A stretch of 37,659 bases of DNA. It comes from a virus (lineage: Duplodnaviria; Caudoviricetes). Each line of letters starts with the position of its first letter. The stretch's first letter is position 1. Under the pieces are notes generated by a model. The model was given only the letters and a program-made list of their open reading frames with translations. It had not been told where the DNA came from and made no database searches. The stretch covers positions 1 to 37,659 of the IMG/VR virus record IMGVR_UViG_3300021959_000147; one strand, 5' to 3'. Below, in pieces: positions 10,801 to 17,839 of this stretch. The position numbers and the translations under genes are program-made.

Positions 10801-13618
10801 TTTCGTGCAGCATCGTCTGCACGTAGCTCTCAAGCAGAACGCGACGCAAGATCTTCTTGGCCGCCTTCGTCCTTCCGTCAGACTCGACCCCTGCTGTCTC
10901 TTGCGTCGATACCTTGACGTACCGAACCCCGGTCTCCCGGTCGTAGAATCCCAAACCGCCGTTCGCGTCTCCTTGATAGAAGACGACAGTTTCACCGAAG
11001 GGCATCGCGTCCTTTGCCTTGCGAGCAATCGGCCCGGCTTCTTCTTCGGAAACAATCCGAACCGAGTCAGCCGAGGCGTCTTCGCCATCCTTGCGGAGCT
11101 GGGCCTTTAGCTTTCCAATGCCGGCGTCTTCCTCGGCTTCTTCTTCGGCCTCTTCCGCAATGTCTTCGTCGACCGGAGACTCAGCTTCTTCTTCGGTCTC
11201 GCGAGACATCATCTCGATGGGATTGCCGTCTTCGTCGTAGTCCGTCGGGTCGAGACTAATGCCGCGAGCATCGTCCAGAAGCTTCATGATCTGGTGGGCG
11301 ATCTCGGGGTCCCTGCTTTCCGCGTACTCCACCAGCAGAAGCTGGAGCTGATCGCGAGCAACCACGTTGTCGCCAAGCATGTCGTCGATGAAGGCTTGAC
11401 TATCTTCCGACGAGCTCAGGCCCGTCAGCGCCCACAACTCGTTTTCTTGCTCGGCGGTGATTTCGTCTCCGAGCCCGTCAAGCTCAGCGATCCGAGCCTC
11501 GATCGCCATCTCCTCTTCTTCGCTCGTGCGGTCCGGGCCGGCGGCCTCGGCGGCGGCGGACAGCTTCGCCTTGATCGCAGCGTTCAGCTGATCCCGATCA
11601 TCGATGTCTTCCTCGACGCCCAGCTTCACCGCGAGGTCCAGAGCCGCTGCGTCGGTAAGCCGCTCAATGCCCCCTAGGCCGTCGGCCATCGCGGCGATCG
11701 CAGCGGCAGAGTCCTCGGCGGACTCAGAAGCGTCTGGGGCGGGGTCAGGCCCGAGAGGGACCTCGGACTCGCCTGAAGGCCCGGACGCCTCAGGGGCCGC
11801 CTCAGGGGCTCTGATCGCATCCGCGATCTGCTGCCGGATGTCGTCCTTGGCGGCCTCGCTGAGCGGATTTCCCTCGGCGTCGACGCCCGCATCCAGCATC
11901 AGCTGGAGCTCTTCTGCCATCCGCTTCTCTGCCTCTCGTTCCTTGGAGGACTTCGAAGCCTTCGAGACCTGATCACTGATCCGCTCGACGAGCTTTCCCT
12001 TCAGGATCTCCGAAGCTTCAGCCTCCGGGAGGAACAACGCTGCGTCCTCTTCCGTGATCCTTCCTTCGTCTCGAATAGTTGCGGCCAGCTTCGGGAACCG
12101 CTCGACCAGACGCTTCGCGATCGCGTTCAAAGCATTTCTGCCGAACAGCTTCGCCGAGGGCCTCGGGCCGTCGTCAGCCTCCTCTGTCTCGGCGACCTCT
12201 CCTCGAAGGATGTACTCCTTGTCAGCGTCGCTCGGGAGCTCGCCTCGGTTCACGCCTTCAGCGACCGCAGCCTCTCGTCCGAACGTCGCATCCTTGCGAC
12301 CCATCGCGCTGTTCAAGAGATCCTGAACGTCGGCTTCTTCGCCGACCTGAGCTTGCTCTTGTTGGGCCTTCTTCCTCGCGCTTCGTTCAGATCGAAGACC
12401 CTTGATCCCCTGCACCATCTTGCTTGCGTCCGACTCGCTGAGTCCGGACGCGACGAGGCGGTCCTTGAGCAGTTGCCTCTCGGCTGTTGTCGCTGATTCA
12501 GACTCAACCAACGCACGGGACTCGGCGCCGACACGCTTCGCTTGCCGTTGCTTCGCCGCTGATCCTCCGACCGCTGCCACCGAACCGATCGCACCTCCGT
12601 AGATCGCACCCTTCATCGCCGCTTCAAGAACCTCGTCCAAGGTGACGCCGCCGTTCGAAGCATCGATGCCTCGATAGAGCAGGGTCATCCCGGTCTGCAC
12701 TGCTTCCGTCACAGCCTCTTCCGCTGCTTCGCTCGTGAACCCGCCGATTGCAGTCCCGATGATCCTCGCCCCGACGCGAGGATCTCCGGTCTTGACGGCT
12801 TCGATGAAAGCCTTGTTGACCGAGGCTCGCATGTGCTTCTCGATGCCCTCTTGCCCGAAGAACGTGAACCGACGGACAACGGGAAGAGCGCTCATCTTAT
12901 TGAACACGAACTCTGAAGCACCACCGATGATGCCGACGCCGACGCCCATCATCGGGTCGTATTCGATCTCGTTGTCTTTGGTGTACTGGTAGTAGCCATC
13001 GACGGAGTTGCCCACCGCGGTCGATGTCATCATTGCGAGACCAGCCGGCCCCATCAGAATCGTCAGCCCTTGCCCCGCGACGGCGCCGAACTCGCGTGCC
13101 GTTCCGTCTGGATCATGAAACAGCTTACGAGTCTCTTCTTCGTTCATCGTGCCGAAGCCCGCAGCTATCTGGCCGCCTGCTTCGAGGAACAGGTTCCCGT
13201 TCATGTGCTGGTCGAACAAGTGGCCCAGCATCTGGTCAGCCATCTGTGACGACTTCAGGAACTTCTTGGTTCCGTCAGGCAGAGAACGCTCGATCGCGAA
13301 CTTGGCGACGCCCTTGTAGAAGTCACTGACGAATCCTCCGGTCGCTTCGTCAATAGCGCCGCCTATCGAAAGCAACGAACCGGGAGCCACGTTGGTGAAG
13401 TACCGACCGGCTTCCAATCCAAAATCGCTGACCGGCGCCACGGTCGTGTCCATCAGGTTCTGACCGTAGGTCCCACCGCCGGCCTCGGCCGGCGAGAGCG
13501 ACGTTCCCGGCTCGGCTTCTCGACGCTCGGCAATCTTTGCTCGGCTTCTCATCACCGCCTTGTAGGCGGGATCTTCCTTGTAGCTATCGTCGTTGACCGG
13601 CGTGTTTGGGTTGATCAT
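1835..13618 (-). CDS. Giant polyvalent virion/ejection protein (3927 aa) with peptidase, glycosylase-like, 2x ART-like, ParB-like and LPD38 regions
   Basis: Uninterrupted 11.8-kb ORF at the end of the structural module; Gly/Ala-rich hydrophobic N-terminal part; recognisable domain motifs listed below. Confidence 0.9.
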   Translation of the reverse strand: MINPNTPVNDDSYKEDPAYKAVMRSRAKIAERREAEPGTSLSPAEAGGGTYGQNLMDTTVAPVSDFGLEAGRYFTNVAPGSLLSIGGAIDEATGGFVSDFYKGVAKFAIERSLPDGTKKFLKSSQMADQMLGHLFDQHMNGNLFLEAGGQIAAGFGTMNEEETRKLFHDPDGTAREFGAVAGQGLTILMGPAGLAMMTSTAVGNSVDGYYQYTKDNEIEYDPMMGVGVGIIGGASEFVFNKMSALPVVRRFTFFGQEGIEKHMRASVNKAFIEAVKTGDPRVGARIIGTAIGGFTSEAAEEAVTEAVQTGMTLLYRGIDASNGGVTLDEVLEAAMKGAIYGGAIGSVAAVGGSAAKQRQAKRVGAESRALVESESATTAERQLLKDRLVASGLSESDASKMVQGIKGLRSERSARKKAQQEQAQVGEEADVQDLLNSAMGRKDATFGREAAVAEGVNRGELPSDADKEYILRGEVAETEEADDGPRPSAKLFGRNALNAIAKRLVERFPKLAATIRDEGRITEEDAALFLPEAEASEILKGKLVERISDQVSKASKSSKEREAEKRMAEELQLMLDAGVDAEGNPLSEAAKDDIRQQIADAIRAPEAAPEASGPSGESEVPLGPDPAPDASESAEDSAAAIAAMADGLGGIERLTDAAALDLAVKLGVEEDIDDRDQLNAAIKAKLSAAAEAAGPDRTSEEEEMAIEARIAELDGLGDEITAEQENELWALTGLSSSEDSQAFIDDMLGDNVVARDQLQLLLVEYAESRDPEIAHQIMKLLDDARGISLDPTDYDEDGNPIEMMSRETEEEAESPVDEDIAEEAEEEAEEDAGIGKLKAQLRKDGEDASADSVRIVSEEEAGPIARKAKDAMPFGETVVFYQGDANGGLGFYDRETGVRYVKVSTQETAGVESDGRTKAAKKILRRVLLESYVQTMLHENIHARDIEGDGKPGTIAAVDKYLRTTHGSEENLDRLLAGIQGSAEGRNRDRELRAEQLTDREGMRRAGLVSMYDKDASIFQRTRDRLRRLMARRRGGTLENLIIRDFDAMSAEVTSSTVPSGRIEGDAADVEMQARGRHEPNSGIRAIAASYALDANIDYDESKSREGVVSVDTDRARVIADMFDSAPDSFADPKMVESHKAMAREVIGQYKSLRDAGYQMIPWGSQGQPYRNSREMIQDVRDNKRIYYYKTLGEQDSFGSGRIEMDQLIKQNPLLRKAGGTVLDSEGVPHVQLVNDLFRAVHDIFGHAKEGHQFGPRGEENAWRQHVQMFTPAARAAMTSETRGQNSWVNYGPHLRREDGTLPELSDPDFVHPKDRPYSEQKIVKFPSWVTAEKGLDVEDWPGRPEIEYQERGKHLGGVGSKDAVVTEDLRDFVSADLRAGGVPLPYEPGQEPSLALGTVAHDRSLRGVRVVYPVGTFTQEDMEKIRDQAIEDMRSSSPLALESASRAFVEEFKGDNSLTDVRMSDNVSDSFPIMDADMLNASFADESLREDKRFWYEASGDAIRSRTVFSSTNSIRKISDLLSATSPLTPVQDNFFRAYSIAADYESKGYSFVSLPTPDLTRTAIAGEYERSNSYKASSFGDTMSFLAGEITDIPLSTNDIWVAYMFGMRKYNTKTGKIGGDNAAFNNPYAYLYTAIYNARLAEEVNRRVRESQEFADASERAADRNATLADESLLTPWTPWQLQAYPWSHLSDSGTFDEAMDSAIGLLELNGSESVITLDDGTKGIDLNVAATEDDFSKILQPSVEAKEAAAISLEVGGPTNDKGSERSLRRAIDAALKADDSGEAPLTSSEREELLKARYAVYEVINRMLAFLAGNAQKGDVYYSRTQNAKFLTGEEATLKSTKTNGYMDGLYAALLPGPMTKATKDEMLKIARMRASGADPEMIDALEAQFAARSETTGVNPNSTAGFDTTRDTIVVGGQTPEFKVDEKTGKVTLPTKSGVKIFNSNWGLRKSGSGVGGYFEGVITPNLRLNMYGMNFEQQDVFMSLLGYALGEKSIGMSRPLPPPADIDSPAFGERQVYATLLSTAGVELSADKLGRLNRYVEENPNGREFVFWNMQVTATGTMITVVNDVVDPSFVSELESDLGIELGYVRTVCETNLIQGDTAEDGNYNGEKILKEMVDADIKENSEWRRSLSAREAEEVGRLTEDALRRGLEARRSLRRSVGNIKGAVPRTLATAIGKSRAFRVHHAIQGIKSRNERFHREVAEAVESVRETVENIGIEFQRRESDPTSPQFKAWFGNSVLTDAEGMPAVFYHGTGSPEDFNVFDVKGRQGATVYGAGAYFTDDPTTANNYAKYAYSGAEAGQRVIPAYIRIEKPFVFDRSDEKFLERIGARSRSGRAQTFLLKAFEDKHPDYDTSSIRETLTSLISIDTFNDPDNESAVAERQFNMAMQNAMKDVGHDGVVVIAPRPSRPNERYAIPFDPNQIKGIFNEKPTGRPEIDMQRRQEVSTVEFREWFGESKVTNADGSPKVVYHGTKHHRAGTAVTDEEMRAVPVTTEDFTKFRTKTARMLGVGAYFTEDPEVADIYSGAEKKAKGGRTFPVYLRMKNPLITESANRLNISAEFARNHPEFKDRIAKNEKVFGVQEKSEQMNDLMREAGYDGIIVRSRTGAVGDVYVVFDPEQIKSSIVTSDAGPTLSSPLIDMQRRETIVLDREIGMGAVPDQSDASYFMTKMMTAKEFLAMVPPVEEDERTDAIEQKLRNGEPVSPPFLNVEWDEKNGYWEITGHEGRHRAQAMHRVEWGVKFPVDMFVRGNFNKYEQVETEDGRTRNLRRRPTQAELLAPVRPQRGSKKSKSGLVTVLPERAEDPRTLSLSREGRDQLSAEVPALVRSSLALAGDFEVEGKNGMLAVAAMVDGKRQVIVEYPYNANTNPGDVAIAAVERLIALDHMDSLSDNIRSQIEDSRSPLQMFMNEEPTDADETMLEYMRRDYSGIEKPIKSWGEELKDEGGIGIGHNARAFGRFIRSHTIEMFQDEWYPITETIRRIQEVKGSRIAEKQDPMQLIRLAPGQSAEQARQFSTRTMNRIKKRMKSAGINNEQIGRFMAASHALERNARIREVNSVRAEAKEELSKLNCGISDETANRLLEEHAADPKAAEIEEICVDFQEISFETAKIAKYAGLITNEDFDRITTRYKYYVPMNVTGSEGGTFITDPVDAAMDKIRRSKGSSGVGTVIDIATGRRDKLKYSLGRPESEVTVKAIVRGAAPALFVDRVMTQNEAITSRIANRLLRMAEKFPTPHISIVTTKDLEKRVMHKEEGQKDRVVVKKMEPDPQTMIPVRIEETREIDGVLYERGETIYLKINDELLIKKLDAGQDMSRNSAVVYLLFSPARIFTSMLRFTSTQWMSIDFTIRQPLLDGETAMIAASEQGLMNPNQMRKQMMKRMPAVMKTIARSEWRARVRPDLEADVTEENEAIGPLAKEWQEFRDVGAKQQWFNSLTVDKTITAMERLSKSGPETNVREGAALMHRMFVETYSVLNDLGDNMWRFSYYVTLRENGMSAEEAGVMARNLTVDFSKKGSFGGPLSSVFAFFNATVQGNVRNYQQTMKGLYTGKGPARAVFGGLTAMGTLSAFAMMAIGGEDEDESGVPDYLEQIPEYERRRNIIIPWGRDENGKIKYSKIPLQYGLEIPVQLGFGMVEVAYGVKNPLDIAGEVANSYATAFNPVSGTPMNSAHGLMRALLPDMGDAAIDIIANRSWTGRPVYYGDQPLQTGGAVRSEIGSAGERYGIDWNSTAKLINHLTGGDIAVRGAIDMQPQVWEYLAGTFGGSSLRNIERLAVLGIDLYKSAVFGDDLPDAKGVPGLRKFIGKGPDNPYPTFYYEVRDRVRSAKVRMKTYEGEQPSMAKAVRDTVDGSPKMQAKAKSVESRLRKLKSKERDLTDKIRSLSRGTERARASDQLIRVKDQIAETMKSLIKAYVDAGGDL
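2200..2870 (-). other. LPD38-like domain of giant protein (approximate limits)
   Basis: YLEQIPEYERRRNIIIP...KIPLQYGL...IIANRSWTGRPVY, the pattern typical of the C-terminal LPD38 domain. Confidence 0.75.
5250..5659 (-). other. ParB/Srx-like domain of giant protein
   Basis: PVSPPFLNVEWD...WEITGHEGRHRA matches the ParB-N GxHR signature. Confidence 0.65.
5678..6265 (-). other. ADP-ribosyltransferase-like domain 2 (ART-PolyVal type)
   Basis: FREWFGESKV...PKVVYHGT...GAYFT...PVYLRMKNP...GYDGII...YVVFDPEQIKS. Confidence 0.8.
6284..6925 (-). other. ADP-ribosyltransferase-like domain 1 (ART-PolyVal type)
   Basis: FKAWFGNSVL...PAVFYHGT...GAYFT...PAYIRIEKP...GHDGVV...FDPNQIKG. Confidence 0.8.
8545..9150 (-). 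other. Putative HhH DNA-glycosylase-like domain (DUF7178-like)
   Basis: Ordered motifs WY..LSATSP....N..YK..F..TNDIW..Y..LA..P.QLQA..W. Confidence 0.55.
9581..10393 (-). other. Conserved phage domain with HDxxGH motif (putative metal-binding, zincin-like)
   Basis: NDLFRAVHDIFGH (9878-9895)...FGPRGEENAW..H...ETRGQNSWVN. Confidence 0.55.
10412..11200 (-). other. Zincin-like metallopeptidase domain of giant protein
   Basis: GFYD...YV strand region, then TMLHENIH (HExxH, 10793-10807) and downstream RELRAE. Confidence 0.65.
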
Positions 13619-13629
13619 CTGGCTTTGTC

Positions 13630-15174
13630 TCAGGGAAGAAATCGTTCGAGAATCGACGTTCGGAGCGAGAGGTCATTGCCGGCTATCTGTTTGGCAACAG
13701 TGACGGCAGCTCCACGTTCATCGGGGTTGTTTTCAAGGTATTCCTTGACTTCGTCGACAGACACGAATCTTTGACCCGCGAGGGCGTTGAAGTCTTTGAT
13801 AAAACTGTCGTCAAAAGTTGCACCTGTGGTATCGATTTCGGCTCCGGGCGACGGAGCGTTCGAGATAGTTCTCGGATCGAACGGCGTTACTGCTTGACGC
13901 CTAGCCCTAGCAATAGCCGCGGCAGCTGCGTCTACAACCGACGAAGGTACTTCAGCGAAAGATGTGATTGGAGGTTCGCCATCTTCCTCTCGCTGTTCAT
14001 TGATGTATTGAAGGATGTCTCCTTCGGTGATCGGCTCGGGTTCGGCGTCGGCCTTGCCGCCCTTCTTCGAGCTGTCGACGACCGGTCGCTTCGATCCGAC
14101 CCGCTTCGAGAACTCGTAGTGCAGGGCGGCCTCTCTCTCGTCGAGAGCGGCCTGCCCCTCGGCCTTCGCGTCCTCGTCGAGATCGTCATCGAGCAATGCC
14201 ATGCGGCCCGAGTCAATGCGACGCTGGCGATCGGCGAACGCTCCGCCGCTGCGATACACCTCTGACCTGAAAGACCTCGCGTCGCTGGCCGTGTAGTACT
14301 GTCCGAACTCCGCCGGCGTCATGGTGCTCGCGTCAAGCACGAACCCACCATCACCGGACTCTTGAACCGGAACCTCGACCATCTCGCCTTCGGCGTTGGC
14401 CTGACCACGGCGAGGGCCATCCTTCGCGTCGATGATCTCTCCGTTTTCCGGCACACGCCGAGTGAGGCCGACTTCTTCTGGAGCGATGAACCGATCCACG
14501 CCCCGGCCGTCGGCGCCCTCGTTGTAGCGGTCGATGATGCGAGGGTCAGCGCCCCTGTTGATCCGACGCTCGATGCTGCGTCTTGCGAGCTCGCGTCGAA
14601 TCTCTTCCCGTCGAAGGTACTTGCGGTCGGCGGCGGCGACGCTGGACGCGTCCCGTTCCGCTTCGGTCTGGGTCACGGTCGAAAACTTGGCGTTCAGATT
14701 CTTGAGAGCTCGGGTGAGCTTCTGCTTCTTCTCAATCGTCTTCGCGTTTCGAAGCTGCCCTTCGACTAGGGAAATCCTTTCCCTGAGTCGGTCAGCTTCA
14801 TCCATGTCTTTCCGAGCGGTCTCCTCCTTGATGTCACTGGAGAAATCTTGAATGCCGACTTCGTCAGGCGTCGCGACCCGCGTTCCATCCTCGTCGGTGA
14901 CCATCAATCGATTCGGTTCGGCGCTCTGCCGCTCGGGACCGCGAGCCGCCGCCATCGCTCTCTCGTCGAGAATGCGTTGAACAGGCACCCCGCGCCTCTC
15001 AGCTTCTTTGGCAATGTCGAACCGGGTCGAGTCGCCCCCCGACATCGGGTCCACCAAGTTGGGCCGGTTGACCCGATCCAACGAACCGAACGGAACGAGA
15101 GGCTTCGGCTTTCCTCGGTACGTGTTGGAATTTTCAGTAAACAAACGGCGGGGGTTGTTTGATTTGTTCGCCAT
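13630..15174 (-). CDS. Putative internal virion/ejection protein (514 aa)
   Basis: Charged, helical/coiled-coil-like; directly upstream of the giant protein; function from position only. Confidence 0.5.
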   Translation of the reverse strand: MANKSNNPRRLFTENSNTYRGKPKPLVPFGSLDRVNRPNLVDPMSGGDSTRFDIAKEAERRGVPVQRILDERAMAAARGPERQSAEPNRLMVTDEDGTRVATPDEVGIQDFSSDIKEETARKDMDEADRLRERISLVEGQLRNAKTIEKKQKLTRALKNLNAKFSTVTQTEAERDASSVAAADRKYLRREEIRRELARRSIERRINRGADPRIIDRYNEGADGRGVDRFIAPEEVGLTRRVPENGEIIDAKDGPRRGQANAEGEMVEVPVQESGDGGFVLDASTMTPAEFGQYYTASDARSFRSEVYRSGGAFADRQRRIDSGRMALLDDDLDEDAKAEGQAALDEREAALHYEFSKRVGSKRPVVDSSKKGGKADAEPEPITEGDILQYINEQREEDGEPPITSFAEVPSSVVDAAAAAIARARRQAVTPFDPRTISNAPSPGAEIDTTGATFDDSFIKDFNALAGQRFVSVDEVKEYLENNPDERGAAVTVAKQIAGNDLSLRTSILERFLP

Positions 15175-15177
15175 GGT

Positions 15178-15747
15178 TTAGTCTTCGCATTCGACATCGA
15201 CTTGATTTGCAGCTGAAACCCAGTGGTAGCAGGAGTAGTTTGATCCGCCGATAGTCACAACGTACGGGTCAGGAAAAACAGTCATGAGAACAACTGGGTT
15301 CGGGCCGTGAGTCAGAGGCAAAAGACTCACACTTGACGGAGGATCGTCAAGCGAGCCAACCCTGACACCAAACGTGGCCCTGCTAGGGTCTACAGACCCG
15401 CCCGTAGTGGTTTGCGCTGTGTTGTTTATTTCAGGGCCATTCAACGCAAAATGGAAATACTCGTTGGTTGACCCGCTCACTGACTGACTAGAAGTTCTAG
15501 TGCCGGTAGACAAATCCGGAACCGGAGGAAGCTCGGTCCACGAATACTTCCAAACTCGGTTCGCGAGAATGGGCGTCGCCCCGGTGAGCGTCGCAAGGAA
15601 CTGAACCGGCAGAACGGCAGGACCAAAGTCTTCCGGATCAGTCGAGAAGGCGGCATCAGGATCACGCAACGACTGAGTAAGCGCAGACCGATACTCGCGG
15701 CTGAAGGGGTTTCCCGAAAGAATCGTGTTCTCATGGTCTCGATTCAT
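15178..15747 (-). CDS. Putative tail protein (189 aa)
   Basis: ATGA-coupled ORF in structural module; S/T/P/G-rich. Confidence 0.45.
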   Translation of the reverse strand: MNRDHENTILSGNPFSREYRSALTQSLRDPDAAFSTDPEDFGPAVLPVQFLATLTGATPILANRVWKYSWTELPPVPDLSTGTRTSSQSVSGSTNEYFHFALNGPEINNTAQTTTGGSVDPSRATFGVRVGSLDDPPSSVSLLPLTHGPNPVVLMTVFPDPYVVTIGGSNYSCYHWVSAANQVDVECED

Positions 15748-16607
15748 CGGATCCCAATCGAACCCGTGCCGGGGAACAATCCATCAAAGTTGATCCGTTC
15801 CCCGAATGGAACGTAGGCGTTCTCGATCAAATTCAAAGTTCCGTTTGCATTTCGGTTGACTGAGATCGCGTGCGTGAACAACCCGTTCGGGATGTATGTG
15901 AAGTTGTACGTCAAGTAGTAAAAAAGACCACCGCTTGTCTGGGTGTCTTCTCGAACGTAATCAACAGAAACGTCGTCGAACCTCAGGCTGTTCGCAGGGA
16001 AATTGATCCCGCCGTAATTGAACGACGCGTTGTTCACTGACCCGGTCGAGCTGAACATGGGCTCCAGACCGGAGGCAAGGCCCGCGTTGATCTTCCCGTT
16101 CAAAGACATGAGGAACTGGGGGGGAGTCCATTTCCTTGCCTTTGCGTACGCCACTTCGAAGGGGTCATTCGGGTTGTACAAGAGATCGCCAGCTGGCAAC
16201 CCTGTCGTGGAGTTGTACGAGTTCTCTGGGGGGTTCGAACTGCTGGTCGAATCGAATGGGCTGCGATACACGTACACGTGAAACTGATTGGATCGCTTCG
16301 GCCTCATCGTGAACAGCTGTTCATTGCCTTGATACTTCGCTGCCTCGTGGAAGTAGGTGAGCGAGATCTCGTACGTGTCCTTGCCTACCTGCTTCCCCTC
16401 CGCCTTACGGAGGGGAGCAGAGCAAGTCGACTCCGGGTGTTCGGTCTGGAACTCGACGGCCTTGCTGAGGGCGACGCCCATGCGAGTGGTGTTCCCGCCG
16501 TCGGTCGAGTCAAGCTTCACCCAGACACGTCTCGTCGCCGAGTCGTTCCTGAAGTCCTCGTTTACCGAAAGGGAAGACCCGATGATGTCGCGAATGACCT
16601 TTGCCAT
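15744..16607 (-). CDS. Putative tail hub/tip protein (287 aa)
   Basis: Beta-rich composition, TGATG coupling, position after tube-like gene. Confidence 0.4.
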   Translation of the reverse strand: MAKVIRDIIGSSLSVNEDFRNDSATRRVWVKLDSTDGGNTTRMGVALSKAVEFQTEHPESTCSAPLRKAEGKQVGKDTYEISLTYFHEAAKYQGNEQLFTMRPKRSNQFHVYVYRSPFDSTSSSNPPENSYNSTTGLPAGDLLYNPNDPFEVAYAKARKWTPPQFLMSLNGKINAGLASGLEPMFSSTGSVNNASFNYGGINFPANSLRFDDVSVDYVREDTQTSGGLFYYLTYNFTYIPNGLFTHAISVNRNANGTLNLIENAYVPFGERINFDGLFPGTGSIGIR

Positions 16608-16912
16608 CAGATGCTGAAGCCTCTCTTGCAGACATCCAAGAGGTCACGAAGAAGAGAGACGATCTCATCGTCTCGGCTCGTGTCCTGCGTGGGGCCGGCC
16701 CCGGCGGCGCCGGTTTCTTGAACGGTCAGGGTCTGTGCGGCGACGCTCGACGCGACGGCTTCGCCGATCTCTTCGGCAGCAGGAGCCGCGGAGTCACCAG
16801 AGCCGTCGGGGGCGCCGACGGCTTCATCAGGAGAGGACGGCATGTCGGGAAGGTCACCGGATGCGGTAGCTTCCTCGATCAACCTTGCGAGTTCGTCTGG
16901 GTTGATGTTCAA
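16607..16912 (-). CDS. Acidic low-complexity protein (101 aa)
   Basis: Fills gap between neighbours; disordered middle, C-terminal helix EIVSLLRDLLDV. Confidence 0.6.
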   Translation of the reverse strand: MNINPDELARLIEEATASGDLPDMPSSPDEAVGAPDGSGDSAAPAAEEIGEAVASSVAAQTLTVQETGAAGAGPTQDTSRDDEIVSLLRDLLDVCKRGFSI

Positions 16913-16914
16913 AT

Positions 16915-17313
16915 TCAGGTTCCATCAAAGACCTTGAACTGAAGCTCCGCCGTGCCGGTGGTCGTCGTCTTTGCGAAGACGGCCACTGCTGCGGGCATGG
17001 TAGAAGCCAGCCGGCCGATCGAATACTCGCCGGGCTTCAGCATCAAGAAGGGAACGAACGAACCAGAGGGGCCGCGGCCGACCTCGACGGACAGCGTCGT
17101 CGAAAGGTTCCGGAAGAAGTACATTCCGCCGCTCGCCAGACCCGAGGTCGTAGCGACGATCTCGGTTCCGGCTGAAGCTTCGGTGACTTCCTTGACCCCG
17201 CTCGCCATTTCGAGATCGGAGAGATCGATCGAAAGCGAGCCGGGCTCGATTCGTTCGCTGAAGTTCGTCGACGAAGCGACGATGGATCCGTTGAATGTGA
17301 TTTCGTTTGCCAT
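16915..17313 (-). CDS. Small beta-rich putative structural protein (132 aa)
   Basis: Start reassigned to ATG 17313 (MANEIT...), 1 nt after previous stop; YFFRNL...VEVG...LKPGE. Confidence 0.6.
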   Translation of the reverse strand: MANEITFNGSIVASSTNFSERIEPGSLSIDLSDLEMASGVKEVTEASAGTEIVATTSGLASGGMYFFRNLSTTLSVEVGRGPSGSFVPFLMLKPGEYSIGRLASTMPAAVAVFAKTTTTGTAELQFKVFDGT

Positions 17314-17314
17314 G

Positions 17315-17836
17315 TCAAGAATTAGCCTTTTCGAGCTTGGTGTCGTTGTCAGTCTGATCGTCCAACGCAAGATATCCAGTCAGCTGTAGAGCCACCAGAG
17401 GAGACTTCTTCGAGAAGTTCATGGATGTACTTTCGATCATCAGGCGGCCTCGGATCGCTCGGGTCGAGCCGTGGTAGTTGATCTCCATGAGGTAATCACC
17501 GTTGCCGGCGGCCGTGAGAGATCCGTTCGATGCGTACTCGCTGCTGTCTTCCATGTTGACGAGGCCGATCACGTTCTCAGAGAACGCGTATCCTCCGATT
17601 TGAATCCTTGCACGAAGCATGGAGCCATGGTCGTAGGTGGCAGCTGTATCCCCGTCGCCGGTGGTCTCCACAACCTGAACCGCGAACGCAATGGCGAATG
17701 TCTCCGCCTTGATTCGAATCTTGGTCGTGCCGGCGTCATCGTTGCCGACACCGTTTCCAGTCACGTCGTCGATGGTATTGGTGAGGAACACGTCACTGAC
17801 GGTTCCCGGTTTTGCGAGTAGGTTGTAGTTTGGCAT
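17315..17836 (-). CDS. Tail tube-like protein (173 aa)
   Basis: FAIAFAVQVVETTGDGD...Y loop and alternating beta strands resemble siphovirus major tail proteins; follows adaptor. Confidence 0.45.
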   Translation of the reverse strand: MPNYNLLAKPGTVSDVFLTNTIDDVTGNGVGNDDAGTTKIRIKAETFAIAFAVQVVETTGDGDTAATYDHGSMLRARIQIGGYAFSENVIGLVNMEDSSEYASNGSLTAAGNGDYLMEINYHGSTRAIRGRLMIESTSMNFSKKSPLVALQLTGYLALDDQTDNDTKLEKANS

Positions 17837-17839
17837 GGT

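Larger units (their letters stand above)
4817..11218 (-). repeat. Seven dispersed copies of an inter-domain peptide motif [ILV][ED][MYF][QM]xR
   Basis: IEMMSR 11201-11218, VEMQAR 10394-10411, IEYQER 9563-9580, IEFQRR 6926-6943, IDMQRR 6266-6283, IDMQRR 5660-5677, LEYMRR 4817-4834. Confidence 0.8.

Noticed and set aside
9413-11110. 565-aa plus-strand ORF and other long antisense ORFs (5609-6496, 30042-31118, 33908-34675, 35908-37059)
   Set aside because: Antisense shadows of well-supported minus-strand genes, expected from high-GC codon bias; no motifs
4817-11218. Linker motifs as inteins, DNA repeat arrays or recombination sites
   Set aside because: No intein C/S...HN termini; nucleotide identity is short and broken at synonymous positions
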